From Gemmatimonadaceae bacterium (GTDB lineage: Bacteria; Gemmatimonadota; Gemmatimonadetes; Gemmatimonadales; Gemmatimonadaceae), in NCBI GenBank assembly GCA_035525975.1, contig DATLDF010000041.1, positions 1,648 through 65,647 on the forward strand: 64,000 nt of DNA, written 5' to 3'. The position numbers were made by a program, and so were the translations under genes. Positions 53,748 to 64,000 of the stretch are shown piece after piece. Numbering within the stretch: position 1 is the first letter of the stretch; every line of letters begins with the position of its first letter. The notes beneath the pieces are model-generated. The model was not told where the DNA came from. It saw only the letters and a list, made by a program, of their open reading frames with translations, and ran no database searches.

Positions 53748-54437
53748 ATGAGCAGACACTTTCGGACTCTTTTTCTCAACGCCGCCTGCTGCGTTCTTGC
53801 AGTCGGATGTGCTGAGACCGGCACCGGTACGGGGCCTCTACCCGTGCTCAAGCACGATCCAGTTCTCTTCGTGCCCGGCTATGGAGGGAACAACGGCGAC
53901 TGGCAGGTCATGATGGCGAAGTTCCGGGCCGACGGATGGCAGGACGTCGAGTTGTACGGGTACAACTACAGCGTGACCAAATCGAATGCTTCGACAGCAG
54001 AGGAGATTCGCGATCAGGTAGACAACATCATCAGGACAACGGGCGCGTCGAAGGTCGACATAGTCGCCTTCTCCATGGGAAGTGTCTCGTCCCGGTATTA
54101 TCTCAAGAACCTGGGCGGCGTCGATAAAGTGGACGCCTGGGTCTCACTTGCCGGACCGAATCATGGCACTGATGAAGTTGCGAACCAGGCGTGCAACTTC
54201 ACGCCCTGCAAGGAGATCATTCCCGGTTCGGCATTTCTCACTGCGCTGAACGCAACCGACGAAACACCGGGGCTCGTCCGGTACGCGACCTTCCGCTCGC
54301 CGTGTGATGAAACGATCAATCCCGATGCCAGCGTAAGTCTACTTGGTGCCACGAACACTCAGGTCGCGTGCATCTCACATCTTTCGATGCTCACTGACGC
54401 TTCCGTCTACAGTCAGGTCCGCGCGTTCATAGAGTAA
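53748..54437 (+). CDS. Small alpha/beta-hydrolase lipase (lipoprotein)
   Basis: Lipobox AVGC, PVLFVPG, VDIVAFSMG, GPNHG, SPCD, SHL. Confidence 0.82.
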   Translation: MSRHFRTLFLNAACCVLAVGCAETGTGTGPLPVLKHDPVLFVPGYGGNNGDWQVMMAKFRADGWQDVELYGYNYSVTKSNASTAEEIRDQVDNIIRTTGASKVDIVAFSMGSVSSRYYLKNLGGVDKVDAWVSLAGPNHGTDEVANQACNFTPCKEIIPGSAFLTALNATDETPGLVRYATFRSPCDETINPDASVSLLGATNTQVACISHLSMLTDASVYSQVRAFIE

Positions 54438-54453
54438 ACGGCCACATCGCCGT

Positions 54454-55476
54454 TTACCGGCCGAAGCTGAAACCGACAGAAGCGTACGTCCGCGCATCGG
54501 CTGGCGGCGGTCCGTCGAACTGATTGTACGTAACGATCGTCCCGCCACTGACACGCCCAATCTCGCCAACGAGACGGAATACCCGCGCGTTGAGCCAGGC
54601 GGTCCCGAAAAAGTTGGTCCGCGTTAGTTTCTGACTGAGTGCAATCGGACCGCCAGTGCCGCCCTGCGTCGCCTGCCGTGCAGCGATCGTGACAGTGATA
54701 TCGGCGTTCGAATCATAGAAATCCTGGCCGCCACCCGCGCCGATTCCGAGGAACATGAAACTCTTTCCGGCAATTGCGCGCCACGAGCGCGCACGGACGC
54801 TCAGGTTGTCGAGAACGAGTCGATCGTCTCCTGACTTGCCCGTGATTGTAACGTCGGGTAGTGCGCGATCGAGATAGCTCACGGAGATCCCGGGACGCAC
54901 CGGCGATTCCCTGAGAATTCCGAGCTTCGCTCCAAACCCGAACTTGAACGATCCTGACGGCTCGGTGATGTCTACGTTTTCATCTTTGTACGACGGCAGG
55001 TACGAGGCACTCGCAAGAACGTCCAGTGCTCCGAAGCCCGAATTCTGCAGCCCACTGAACAGTCCGATTCCAAGATCGGCAGTAATGAACCCGACTGGTG
55101 TGTCGTCGATTCCGTACGTGCTGGACTGCGCACCGCGCGTATTTGGAACCACTCGGTCAACTTGCGGCAGCGAGCCACGAAGCGCGTTGGCGCGAACGCC
55201 AAACGAAAAGTGCCCCGGTCCCCCGAGAGTACCGCTGATTCCCTGCGTTGGACTGCCGCCGGCGAGAACTGCACCAAGCTGCGGCGCCAGATACTTGAAG
55301 AGGTCGATGGCCTTCTGACACGCGTCCTGCGCAATCTTCGTGTTGTCAGGATCGCCCTGTGAGTTCGTAGTGCCGGGCGGACACTGTGGATCGACACCCT
55401 GCGCCAGCGCCGCCTGCGAAACGACGGTGCATCCGAATGTGACAGCGGCAAGCGCCGTCAGAATTTGCTTCTTCAT
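54454..55476 (-). CDS. Hypothetical exported, probably outer-membrane beta-barrel protein
   Basis: Signal peptide (ALA-Q), amphipathic beta strands, C-terminal YASVGFSFGR. Confidence 0.55.
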   Translation of the reverse strand: MKKQILTALAAVTFGCTVVSQAALAQGVDPQCPPGTTNSQGDPDNTKIAQDACQKAIDLFKYLAPQLGAVLAGGSPTQGISGTLGGPGHFSFGVRANALRGSLPQVDRVVPNTRGAQSSTYGIDDTPVGFITADLGIGLFSGLQNSGFGALDVLASASYLPSYKDENVDITEPSGSFKFGFGAKLGILRESPVRPGISVSYLDRALPDVTITGKSGDDRLVLDNLSVRARSWRAIAGKSFMFLGIGAGGGQDFYDSNADITVTIAARQATQGGTGGPIALSQKLTRTNFFGTAWLNARVFRLVGEIGRVSGGTIVTYNQFDGPPPADARTYASVGFSFGR

Positions 55477-55582
55477 CGTGATAACGTCCGCCAGTTTTTT
55501 ATGTAGTGAATCGACGCTCAACGAGCAACATCCGTCACTCTAAGAAAATCGATAAACCACGATGGCGGAACCTGCATGTGAC

Positions 55583-56173
55583 CTAAAGCTGAAAATTTTC
55601 TGGATTCTTCGGGATGACCTCTCGGTAGAGGTCCTTGAGCCGGCGAATGTCATTCTCCTTCTCGCCGGTAGTCCAGAACGGCAAAAAGAGCTCGATGGTC
55701 TTCGATCCATAATCAAAAGCGACCGGAACGATGGGCACCCTGGCACCTTCGGCAACGTGATAAAAGCCCGTCTTCCAGTCCTTTACCAGTTTGCGCGTCC
55801 CTTCAGGAGCAACAGCGAGAATCATCTTGTCCGCCGATCTAAACGCGCTGATGTTCTCGCCAACGCGATCCCGGCTGACTGACCTCTCGACGGGAATTCC
55901 CCCCAGCCAGCGCATGAACGTCCCGAGCGGCCACTTGAACAACGTGTGCTTGCCGAGGAACGAAATCCTGAAGCCGAGGGCGAAGAGGGCTCCGACGCCG
56001 ACGATGAAGTCCCAGTTCGACGTGTGGGGAACCACGATGATGACGAACTTTGGCTCGTCCGGCACTTCGCCCTTGAACTTGAAGCCGCCGGCCTGGAGTA
56101 CCGCGCGGCCAATCCAGCGCGAGATCGCGTTGCCTCTTCTCGGTACTGCCGGGCCTAGCTCCGGTACATACAT
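55583..56173 (-). CDS. Lysophospholipid acyltransferase (PlsC-like)
   Basis: PHTSNWD, PEGTR, WKTGFY. Confidence 0.88.
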   Translation of the reverse strand: MYVPELGPAVPRRGNAISRWIGRAVLQAGGFKFKGEVPDEPKFVIIVVPHTSNWDFIVGVGALFALGFRISFLGKHTLFKWPLGTFMRWLGGIPVERSVSRDRVGENISAFRSADKMILAVAPEGTRKLVKDWKTGFYHVAEGARVPIVPVAFDYGSKTIELFLPFWTTGEKENDIRRLKDLYREVIPKNPENFQL

Positions 56174-56226
56174 GCGACGAATTAACTGTCTCGTTGTGAA
56201 ATGGCCAGACTGTCAACTGCGTACAC

Positions 56227-56414
56227 CTCGGCGGAACCGCTGAGGCACTGAGAAAAACTGCGAGGACACTGAGAAAGCACAAAAGGGGGCTCTACGGAAC
56301 GGCACCGCAGTTCCGATTATTAACCAAAAAAAGAAGTCCGCTTCCGAGACAATGCTCGTGAGCGGACTTCTCAGCGGTCTCCGCTGTACTCAGTGCCTCA
56401 GCGGTTCCGCCGAG
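56227..56414. repeat. Long inverted repeat (26-bp perfect outer arms)
   Basis: CTCGGCGGAACCGCTGAGGCACTGAG ... CTCAGTGCCTCAGCGGTTCCGCCGAG. Confidence 0.85.
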
Positions 56415-56445
56415 TTCTGTTCCCCCGAGTGTGTTCCGCCGAAGT

Positions 56446-56889
56446 TTACCGGCGAGCCCGATCCCGCTTGGCAAGCATCGCGCACATCGCGCTGTACGCA
56501 CGCGACCCATCAGTACCCGTCTTGATCCGATCCCAGGTCATGTACTTAATGTCGCGCGGATTCGGCGGCGAGCCCTCTCTCACCACCGAGCCATTGGCCG
56601 AGTAGAACGATTCCGTCAGACGCTTAATTCGCACCGGCGTGCAGCGAATCAACGCCGTCTGCGTCATCGCCATGTAAGGACGCCGGCTCTCGAGAGCGTG
56701 GAGCTTCATGTAATCCCAGCGCGTCCGAGTCATGTACGAGCCGTCATCGTTGCGAATCGCATTTGCCGAATCAAGAGCCACGATAACATTCGCGTTCTTG
56801 TACACAGTCGGCCACGAGCCCTGAGCATGCGCAGTCGTGGAAAATGCGCCGACGGCAATCGCCGCAGCCAGGAATGCTGAAATCTTCAT
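56446..56889 (-). CDS. Small secreted protein (surface-adhesin-E-like fold possible)
   Basis: Signal peptide AHA-Q, two Cys, W..I..G near the C-terminus. Confidence 0.55.
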   Translation of the reverse strand: MKISAFLAAAIAVGAFSTTAHAQGSWPTVYKNANVIVALDSANAIRNDDGSYMTRTRWDYMKLHALESRRPYMAMTQTALIRCTPVRIKRLTESFYSANGSVVREGSPPNPRDIKYMTWDRIKTGTDGSRAYSAMCAMLAKRDRARR

Positions 56890-56924
56890 TTGTTCTCCGT
56901 ACGTTCAGATTCGACCGGCTCCGA

Positions 56925-58556
56925 TCAAGCCGCCGGCAAAGTGAAATTGAATTGGGCGCCGCTGTTGGGTGGACTTTCTACCCATATACGGCCTCCATGT
57001 GCCTCGACAATCCCCTTTGCAATCGACAGTCCAAGACCCGTCCCCAGCTTGGCGGTCGATTTTGCCTGCCAATAGCGGTCAAAGACGTGATTCAGGTGCT
57101 CTGAGGGTATTCCCGGACCAGAATCGGCCACGACAAACCGGATCTCTCCGTTTTCGTTGTGCGCGACAATCCTTATCTCACCGCCCTTCGGCGTGAACTT
57201 GATTGCGTTGCCGATGAGATTGGCGAATACCTGAAGCACGCGCTCCCTGTCTGAGGAGACCATCGGGCTCGGGTCGGGCAGCTCGCATTCGACCTTGAGA
57301 CTGGCCGCCGACGCCAGCGGCGTCGCGTTTTCGGCGGCCTCGTGAACAAGCGACTTCACCTCCGTCGGAATCGGATCGACGGCCATTCCGCCTGCCTGAA
57401 TCTTCGCGACGTCCAGGAGGTCCTGAATCAGCCGGTTCGCTCTCGTCGCCGACCTTTGGATTACCTCGAGCTGCCGCTTCGCCTGAAGACGACGATCATT
57501 CGGTGGGGCGATATCAAGAAGGAACGATGCGGCCATGTGAATCGTGTGGATCGGATTTCTCAGGTCGTGCGACACGATTGCCACCAGGTCGTCACGAGCA
57601 CGCTTCGCCTCCTGCTCACCCTTGTACAGCCGTGCATTCTCCAGCGCCACCGATGCAAGCTGCGCGAGCTGCGTAAGAATCGCCTCGTCAGCTTCGTCGA
57701 AATCCCCCTGCTCTTTCTTGTCCCACAACTGAATCGTTCCAAGCTTTCGCCCGTCTCGCCCGGCGAGGTCGGCGGTCAACGTAGTTGGAATATGGAAGCT
57801 GCCTGACGACGGACTGATCTGGGCGTCAGGATTCGCCGCGAGCAGCGCCAGAATCTCCGGCGTTATGCCGGGCATCTCGTCGCGCGTTGCATCGGCCCAG
57901 GAAGTCAACTCCTGCTGTTCTTCCGATGGCGCCGATGCGCGCCACATCGCCTGCTGCGACTCGAGCGCGTCGCTGCTCTGATTTGCTTCGACCGTCAGAC
58001 GGGTCTCGGCATATCGGGCGTTGAGAATTCGCCGCGCGTTCTCGGTGGTCGCCTGGAGCATCGCGTCAACGGAAAGCGTCGAGTTGATCTCTATCGCTGC
58101 CATTGCGACTGACTTCATCTGCTGCGCGTACTTCCGCAGTTCAATATCCGCCCTGTTTGATTCGATTTCCGCCTGATGCACGCGGACAACTCCCCGCAGG
58201 CTCAGCGCAAGCCGCTCGGACGTGAGAGTGTTCTTGGGAATGTAGTCGGCGGCGCCAGCTTTCATCAGCTCCACGGCAGTCTGCTCGTCACCATACCCCG
58301 TCAGCATTATGAACGGGACCATCAATCCCTTCTCACGAGCGCGGCGAACTACATCGAGGCCGTCGCTTCCAGGCATCTGGAAGTCCAGCAGGCAGCAGTC
58401 GAAATGCTCGCGGTCGAGCTTGGCCAGAGCGCTGTCAGCATCCTCGGCTTCGGTTACAATCACGTCAATGCCAGACCCCTTCAGCGCACGGCGCACGGCC
58501 ATGCGATCGACGTCATCGTCGTCGACAATCAGGATCTTCATTCTGGCGTCGGCCAT
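56925..58556 (-). CDS. Hybrid REC-GAF-histidine kinase
   Basis: ILIVDDD, LLDFQMP, SHDLRNP, NLIGNAIKF, GTGLGL. Confidence 0.88.
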   Translation of the reverse strand: MADARMKILIVDDDDVDRMAVRRALKGSGIDVIVTEAEDADSALAKLDREHFDCCLLDFQMPGSDGLDVVRRAREKGLMVPFIMLTGYGDEQTAVELMKAGAADYIPKNTLTSERLALSLRGVVRVHQAEIESNRADIELRKYAQQMKSVAMAAIEINSTLSVDAMLQATTENARRILNARYAETRLTVEANQSSDALESQQAMWRASAPSEEQQELTSWADATRDEMPGITPEILALLAANPDAQISPSSGSFHIPTTLTADLAGRDGRKLGTIQLWDKKEQGDFDEADEAILTQLAQLASVALENARLYKGEQEAKRARDDLVAIVSHDLRNPIHTIHMAASFLLDIAPPNDRRLQAKRQLEVIQRSATRANRLIQDLLDVAKIQAGGMAVDPIPTEVKSLVHEAAENATPLASAASLKVECELPDPSPMVSSDRERVLQVFANLIGNAIKFTPKGGEIRIVAHNENGEIRFVVADSGPGIPSEHLNHVFDRYWQAKSTAKLGTGLGLSIAKGIVEAHGGRIWVESPPNSGAQFNFTLPAA

Positions 58557-58561
58557 CTCGG

Positions 58562-58978
58562 CTACGGCATCTCCACGAGGGTCCAGTACTTGTTCAGGGT
58601 CGTCATTCTTTCACAAAAGTTACTGAACGTCACCGGCTTCAGAAGATATCCCGCAACGTTGAGATTGTATGCGTCGATCTTGTCCTGGTCGTCATTGGAT
58701 GTAGTCAAGACGACTACCGGCGTCGCCGCGAGCTCCTGATCGGCGCGCAGCGCCACGAGAAACTCGATGCCGTTCATTTTCGGCATGTTGAGATCAAGTA
58801 GAACGAGACGGCGTTCCTTCGGCATCTCGTCGCCGCGCAGAACCTCCAGGCCTTCGAGACCATTGCCCGCAACAAACAGCGGGTTCGAGACGTTGTTTCT
58901 CTCGAACGCCCGTCGGACGTTCATCACGTCGACTTCGTCGTCTTCGATCAGCAGGATGTTCAGCACCCGTTCGGACAT
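58562..58978 (-). CDS. Single-domain response regulator (Rcp1-like)
   Basis: LLIEDD, LLDLNMP, LTTS, YLLKP. Confidence 0.9.
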   Translation of the reverse strand: MSERVLNILLIEDDEVDVMNVRRAFERNNVSNPLFVAGNGLEGLEVLRGDEMPKERRLVLLDLNMPKMNGIEFLVALRADQELAATPVVVLTTSNDDQDKIDAYNLNVAGYLLKPVTFSNFCERMTTLNKYWTLVEMP

Positions 58979-58982
58979 CCGA

Positions 58983-61301
58983 TCACACTCCGATAATTTC
59001 GACTTTTGGCCAGAGAAACTTGAATCGCGCTCCGCGTCCGACTTCGGATTCGACCCAGACCCGGCCACCCTTGGCGTCAACGATCTTCTGCACCACGGAA
59101 AGCCCGATTCCGGTCCCTTCCACCTTGTCCCGGGCTTCCAGTGTCTGGAATATGCCAAATATGCGGTCATGATACTGCGGCGCGATGCCCTGGCCGTTAT
59201 CTCCGACCGCGAATTCGACAAAAGGCCCGGCATCCGTCCACGAAATGTCTATCTGCGGGCTGGTGTTCCCCGTGTGCTTTATCGCGTTCCCGATCAGGTT
59301 CATGAAAACCTGCTGGAGCGGAACCCGCTCGGCGCTCACGGTGGGCATTTCCGGCGCGACCTGGATCCTGATTTCCTTCGGCGGGGCCATCAGTTCGACG
59401 ACGTCGGCGACCATGGCCCCGGTATCGATGTTCTCCGGCCTCGCCTTCACCCTGCCTGCACGCGAGTACTGCAGAATTCCGTCGATCAGCGCTTCCATCC
59501 GATGCACGCGACCTCGCAGCAGCTCCATCTGCGACTTGTTTTCCCCGGCAAGCTTGTCGCCGAGATCCTCCTCGATCCACTGCGAGAGGTTGGCGATACC
59601 GCGAAGGGGGGCCTTGAGGTCGTGTGAAGCGACGTACGCGAATTGGTCGAGCTCGGTATTACTCCGCGCCAGCGCCCGTATCAACTGCTCACGCTCCAAC
59701 TCGGCTTTTTTCCTTTCTTCTTCCGCTCTTTTTCGGTCGGAAATGTCACGGAGAACTCCGGTGAACGCCGGCTCGCCGCCGATGTAGCTTCGCGTGATCG
59801 TCAGCTCGCATGTGAACTCGGTTCCGTCCTTGCGCATCGCCGGAAGCTCGAGGCGTTTTCCGATAACGCGCTCCTCGCCGGTTGCAATGAAGCGCTTGAG
59901 GCCGGAGTGATGTGCATCGCGCAATCTTTCAGGCACTATCAACGCGCCGAGCTTCTGTCCGAGTGCCTCTTCTCGCGAGTACCCAAAGGCCTGGACCGCT
60001 GCCGGATTGAACTCCGTGACGATTCCTTCGGCGTTCATCGAGATGATCGAATCAAGAGTCGAGCGCAGCACCGCCGATTTTCTCTCTTCGCTTTCTGCGA
60101 CCATCCGCTGGGCGCGGATTCGCTCGGTGATATCGGCGAAAGCGACTACCGCTCCGGTTCTCTCAGGGCCGGATGACAGCGGAGACGTTGAGTACTCGAC
60201 GTTCATGGGAGTGCCATCCTTTCTCCAGAACACTTCATCTTCGCGCGCGATAGTCTCTCCGCGCGCGGATGCCTGGCTGATGGGACACTCTTCTACGGGA
60301 TATGGAGACCCGTCCTTCTTCTTGTTGTGCACGAGGAAATGGAGGTTCGCTCCAAGCAGCTCATCGACTGTATACCCGAGCATGCCGGCGGCGGCGGAGT
60401 TGATGAACGTGCAATTACCCTCCTTATCCATACCATAGAAACCCGCCGCGGTCGATTCGAGCAGCGCCGACATTTCCTTTGCAAGACGTTCGGTGACGAC
60501 ATTCGCCTGGTGGAGGTTCTCGTTTGCGGCCGTCAGCTCATCGGTGAGCGCTCGCTGCTCCTCCAGTCGATTCTCGAGCTCCTTCTGCTGAGATTCGACT
60601 CGCTCAGTCTGCCGCTTCAGCTGGCGGGTCTGCCGCTCTATCACCTCTCTTTGTTTTTCTCTTTCGACCACATCGCGGTAGATCGAGCGATTGATCAGCA
60701 GCGATAACAGGAATGCGAGACCGCCACCGATGAGGATCGCATAGTCCGCGAGTTGTTCACTGCGCCTCTGCGTCCTTGTCCGGGAGGTGAGCAGGTGACT
60801 TTCTTCCTCTTCCATCGCGCCGGTAAGTGCGCGGGCGTGGTTCATCACAACCCTGCCCTGCCCGGTCGCTATCAACTCGCTCGCCCGCTCGAAACCCTGA
60901 GTGCGCCTGATTCGCTCGATCTGGTCGCTAAGCCGCATGCGCTGGTTGGCAACGCTCTCGAGCGTGTCGAGACGCTGCTGCTGGATCGGATGATCGGTGG
61001 TAAGAGACCGAAGTCTCGCAAGCGAAGCCGGCACACGAATTCGGGCCGTCTTGAAAGCATCGAGATCGGCCGTGTCACCAGTCAACACGAACGCGTGAGC
61101 CGAAGTCTCGGCATCGGCGAGCCCGGCGAGAAGTTTTTGCTGCTCGAGGAGCACCTGGCTCGTGTGCTCGACCATCCTCGAGGCGCGCTCCGCCCGCGCG
61201 GTGGTCCAGTACGAGATCGCGCCGACTATCAGGACGAGTACGGCAGTGGCGAATCCGGCTGCGATCTTAAAGCGGAGGGGCAGGATGAGGCGGTCGCTCA
61301 T
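58983..61301 (-). CDS. CHASE3-PAS-PAS sensor histidine kinase
   Basis: 2 TM flanking CHASE3 (DAET...LTG), two PAS (DITE, DISD), YVASHDLKAPLR, GTGIGL. Confidence 0.9.
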   Translation of the reverse strand: MSDRLILPLRFKIAAGFATAVLVLIVGAISYWTTARAERASRMVEHTSQVLLEQQKLLAGLADAETSAHAFVLTGDTADLDAFKTARIRVPASLARLRSLTTDHPIQQQRLDTLESVANQRMRLSDQIERIRRTQGFERASELIATGQGRVVMNHARALTGAMEEEESHLLTSRTRTQRRSEQLADYAILIGGGLAFLLSLLINRSIYRDVVEREKQREVIERQTRQLKRQTERVESQQKELENRLEEQRALTDELTAANENLHQANVVTERLAKEMSALLESTAAGFYGMDKEGNCTFINSAAAGMLGYTVDELLGANLHFLVHNKKKDGSPYPVEECPISQASARGETIAREDEVFWRKDGTPMNVEYSTSPLSSGPERTGAVVAFADITERIRAQRMVAESEERKSAVLRSTLDSIISMNAEGIVTEFNPAAVQAFGYSREEALGQKLGALIVPERLRDAHHSGLKRFIATGEERVIGKRLELPAMRKDGTEFTCELTITRSYIGGEPAFTGVLRDISDRKRAEEERKKAELEREQLIRALARSNTELDQFAYVASHDLKAPLRGIANLSQWIEEDLGDKLAGENKSQMELLRGRVHRMEALIDGILQYSRAGRVKARPENIDTGAMVADVVELMAPPKEIRIQVAPEMPTVSAERVPLQQVFMNLIGNAIKHTGNTSPQIDISWTDAGPFVEFAVGDNGQGIAPQYHDRIFGIFQTLEARDKVEGTGIGLSVVQKIVDAKGGRVWVESEVGRGARFKFLWPKVEIIGV

Positions 61302-61363
61302 TCGCCTAATCTACTCACCATCATCCGCTCGGCTATGAACCTCCAACACCGGGGGGTCGTAGC

Positions 61364-63727
61364 CTATTGAGCTGCCCGAAATCCCCGTAACCGAAGACTG
61401 TTGATTACGACCGAAACACTCGACATGGACATGGCAGCACTCGCAATGATCGGAGAGAGCAGCCACCCTGTCAGCGGATACAGAACTCCAGCCGCGATTG
61501 GAATCCCGATCACGTTGTAAACGAAGGCCCAGAAAAGATTCTGCTTCACGTTCCTGATAGTCGCGCGAGAAAGCTCGATTGCAGTCACAACTCTCCGAAG
61601 GTCCCCGCGAAGCAGCGTCATGTCAGAGGCTTCGATCGCAATATCGGTCCCCGTCCCGATCGCGATACCCACGTCCGCCTCGGCCAGAGCCGGCGCATCG
61701 TTGATTCCATCGCCGACCATTCCGACGATCTCTCCATCTGCCCGCAGCTTCTTGACGAAAGCGACTTTCCCTTCGGGCGTGATGCCGGCGTTCACGTATT
61801 CGATGCCGACGAGACGGGCGATCGCGCCGGCGGCCTGCTCGTTGTCGCCAGTCACCATCACGACCTTGATCCCCATTTCCTTGAGCCTGGCTATCGCATC
61901 GGCCGAGTCGCGCTTCGGCTTGTCGGAAACGGCGATGATACCGGCCAGCAGCCCATCTATGGCCGCGAAGACTACTGTGCGCCCTTGAGATGCGATGTCG
62001 GTGGCTTTCGCCTCGAGCTCGCTCGCGTCGATGTTCATCGCTCGCATGAGATCGAGCTTACCGACCACGACCTTTCGCCCTTGAATGATCGCGTTGATTC
62101 CCTGGCCAGGCAGCGCCTCGAACCGGTCGATGACCGGAATCGAGATGCTCTTTTCAGCGACGACCTTCTCGATGGCGCGGGCTACAGGATGTTCGCTCGA
62201 CAATTCCGCAGCTCCAACCATGGAAAGGAGGTCTGTTTCGGTAAACGGCGGCGACGCAATGATATCGCTGACGGTTTGCTCGCCGGTCGTGACCGTTCCG
62301 GTTTTGTCGAGTACGATCGTCGTGATCTTTTGCAGCGTCTCGAGACTTGCGCCAGTCTTCACGAGAATTCCGTTCTCGGCCGCTTTGCCCGTGCCAACCA
62401 TTATCGCTGTGGGCGTCGCGAGACCAAGCGCGCAGGGACACGCGATGATCAGAACCGAGACAAAATTCACGAACGCCATCGAGAGCCGAACTTCCGGCGG
62501 CGCGGCGAAATACCAGATGACGAAAGTCGCAATGGCGATCAATATCACGATGGGCGTAAAGATTCCGCTCACGACATCGGCGAGTCGGGCGATTGGTGCC
62601 CGCGACCCCTGCGCCTGTTCGACCATCTCGACAATCCGTGACAGTACCGTGTGCTTACCGACAGCATTTGCTTCGAACCGCAGCGCGCCGTTCAGGTTTA
62701 TCGTCGCGCCGTAAACCGAATCACCGATCTTCTTGTCAACAGGCATGCTCTCGCCGGTGAGCATCGACTCGTCCAGCGATGAGACACCTTCGACGATCAC
62801 GCCATCGACTGGAATTTTCTCTCCGGGCCGGACGACAATCATGTCGCCGACCAGGACATCCGCAATCGGAGTGTCGACTTCTCGACCATCGCGGACGACA
62901 CGAGCTGTCTTGGCCTGGAGTCCCAGCAGTTTCTTGATTGCCGCAGTCGCGCTTCCCTTGGCGCGCGACTCCATCATGCGCCCGAGGAGAATTAGCGCGG
63001 TGATGACAGCGGCTGCCTCGAAGTACAGCGGCGGCTCCATTGCATGCGGAGCGCTGGAACCCATTGAGGCGATGAAGAATTCCGGATAGACCAGCGCGGC
63101 AACTGAATAGAGATAAGCGACGCCCGTTCCGACGGCGACAAGAGTGTTCATGTCGGCGGCCAGATGTCGTGCCGCCCCCCATGCCGCCTTGAAGAAACCC
63201 GAGCCGCTGTAGAAAACGACGGGCGTCGTCAGGATGAGCTGAAGCCATCGTGCACCCGGAAAGTTGAGCAGCTCGATTTGCCCATGTGCCATCGCCAACA
63301 CGAGGACCGGTAATCCCAGCACCACCGCAACGATGAACTTCTTTTTCAGCTCGGCATAGTTGTATTCGTGCACATGGGCATGGGCATCCCGAGGGTCGGT
63401 CATGTCATGGGTGCCGTGCATGTCGTGCGTGCCGTGCATCTCGTCCATGCCATGCATGTCGTGCATCGCGTGCGGATCGCTCGGCGCACGCTGCGGCACA
63501 ATCGCGTCATAACCGGCTTGCCTGATCGTACCGACGATGTTGCCGAGGCCAGTCACAGCTGGATCGAAATGAACAGTCGCCCGCTCTGTCGCGAGATTCA
63601 CCGTTGCGTCGCTCACACCGTCTGCCTTCTTCAGCGATTTCTCGATACGGTTCGCGCACGACGCGCAGGTCATTCCCGTAATCGGAAGGTCTACTCTTTC
63701 CGTATCGGCCTGCCTGGTTTCAGTCAT
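61364..63727 (-). CDS. copA: Cu(I)-translocating P1B ATPase
   Basis: [41 protein letters not shown]. Confidence 0.93.
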   Translation of the reverse strand: MTETRQADTERVDLPITGMTCASCANRIEKSLKKADGVSDATVNLATERATVHFDPAVTGLGNIVGTIRQAGYDAIVPQRAPSDPHAMHDMHGMDEMHGTHDMHGTHDMTDPRDAHAHVHEYNYAELKKKFIVAVVLGLPVLVLAMAHGQIELLNFPGARWLQLILTTPVVFYSGSGFFKAAWGAARHLAADMNTLVAVGTGVAYLYSVAALVYPEFFIASMGSSAPHAMEPPLYFEAAAVITALILLGRMMESRAKGSATAAIKKLLGLQAKTARVVRDGREVDTPIADVLVGDMIVVRPGEKIPVDGVIVEGVSSLDESMLTGESMPVDKKIGDSVYGATINLNGALRFEANAVGKHTVLSRIVEMVEQAQGSRAPIARLADVVSGIFTPIVILIAIATFVIWYFAAPPEVRLSMAFVNFVSVLIIACPCALGLATPTAIMVGTGKAAENGILVKTGASLETLQKITTIVLDKTGTVTTGEQTVSDIIASPPFTETDLLSMVGAAELSSEHPVARAIEKVVAEKSISIPVIDRFEALPGQGINAIIQGRKVVVGKLDLMRAMNIDASELEAKATDIASQGRTVVFAAIDGLLAGIIAVSDKPKRDSADAIARLKEMGIKVVMVTGDNEQAAGAIARLVGIEYVNAGITPEGKVAFVKKLRADGEIVGMVGDGINDAPALAEADVGIAIGTGTDIAIEASDMTLLRGDLRRVVTAIELSRATIRNVKQNLFWAFVYNVIGIPIAAGVLYPLTGWLLSPIIASAAMSMSSVSVVINSLRLRGFRAAQ

Positions 63728-63729
63728 TG

Positions 63730-64000
63730 CTACCTGCCTGACTTGTACATGAGATCGACGATCTCGTCGTACATCACGGCCGCTTCGTCGTCACTGGCTC
63801 GAATCGCCCGGCCGGCGCAATGCTTGAGGTGATTCTTCATCAGCTCCTTGCCGACAGATCGCAGCGCTTCGGTGACTGATGAAATCTGCGTCATTATGTC
63901 GGCGCAGTAGCGATCATCTTCGACCATTTTCTGGAGACCGCGGACCTGCCCTTCGATCCGGCGAAGGCGGGTCAGGTTGCGGGCCTTGATGTCGGCATCT
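63730..64000 (-). CDS. csoR: CsoR-family metal-sensing repressor (5' end beyond window)
   Basis: [22 protein letters not shown]...NHLKHC. Confidence 0.88.
   Translation of the reverse strand, partial: DADIKARNLTRLRRIEGQVRGLQKMVEDDRYCADIMTQISSVTEALRSVGKELMKNHLKHCAGRAIRASDDEAAVMYDEIVDLMYKSGR

Noticed and set aside
56925-61301. Phytochrome-type light-sensing operon
   Set aside because: Kinase and Rcp1-like regulator resemble Cph1/Rcp1 outputs, but the sensor is CHASE3/PAS with no GAF-PHY bilin module; a common triad

Overview
GC-rich bacterial chromosomal window, densely coding, with no rRNA, tRNA, CRISPR array or transposase detected. The gene style suggests a soil Gemmatimonadota-like organism, but that is an impression only. 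From left to right it holds: polyamine genes (aguB tail, agmatine deiminase), an SBP+MCP pair, queCE, a DUF4331/TPR/HupE-UreJ/DUF6702 cluster, and a lanthanide-type PQQ dehydrogenase operon (xoxF-J-G-like) co-transcribed with a caa3-type oxidase. Subunit I of that oxidase lacks the canonical D-channel Asp and K-channel Lys, and the operon ends in an in-frame CtaG::PqqU/YncD-like TonB-receptor fusion. Mixed housekeeping and stress genes follow, then a large AAA-LuxR regulator. The best candidate for an undescribed system is a nine-gene, fully translationally coupled biosynthetic operon at 39408-48635 (minus strand): KAS-III-like enzyme, thioester reductase, carrier protein, SerRS-like amino acid:carrier-protein ligase, two ferritin-like diiron enzymes, BtaA/DUF3419 aminocarboxypropyl transferase, GNAT and MMPL exporter. 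The right end has tonB, lipid enzymes, a CHASE3/PAS two-component triad and copA-csoR. Several sigma-54-like promoters and long intergenic palindromes were also seen. All product calls come from motif recognition by eye; no database search was run.
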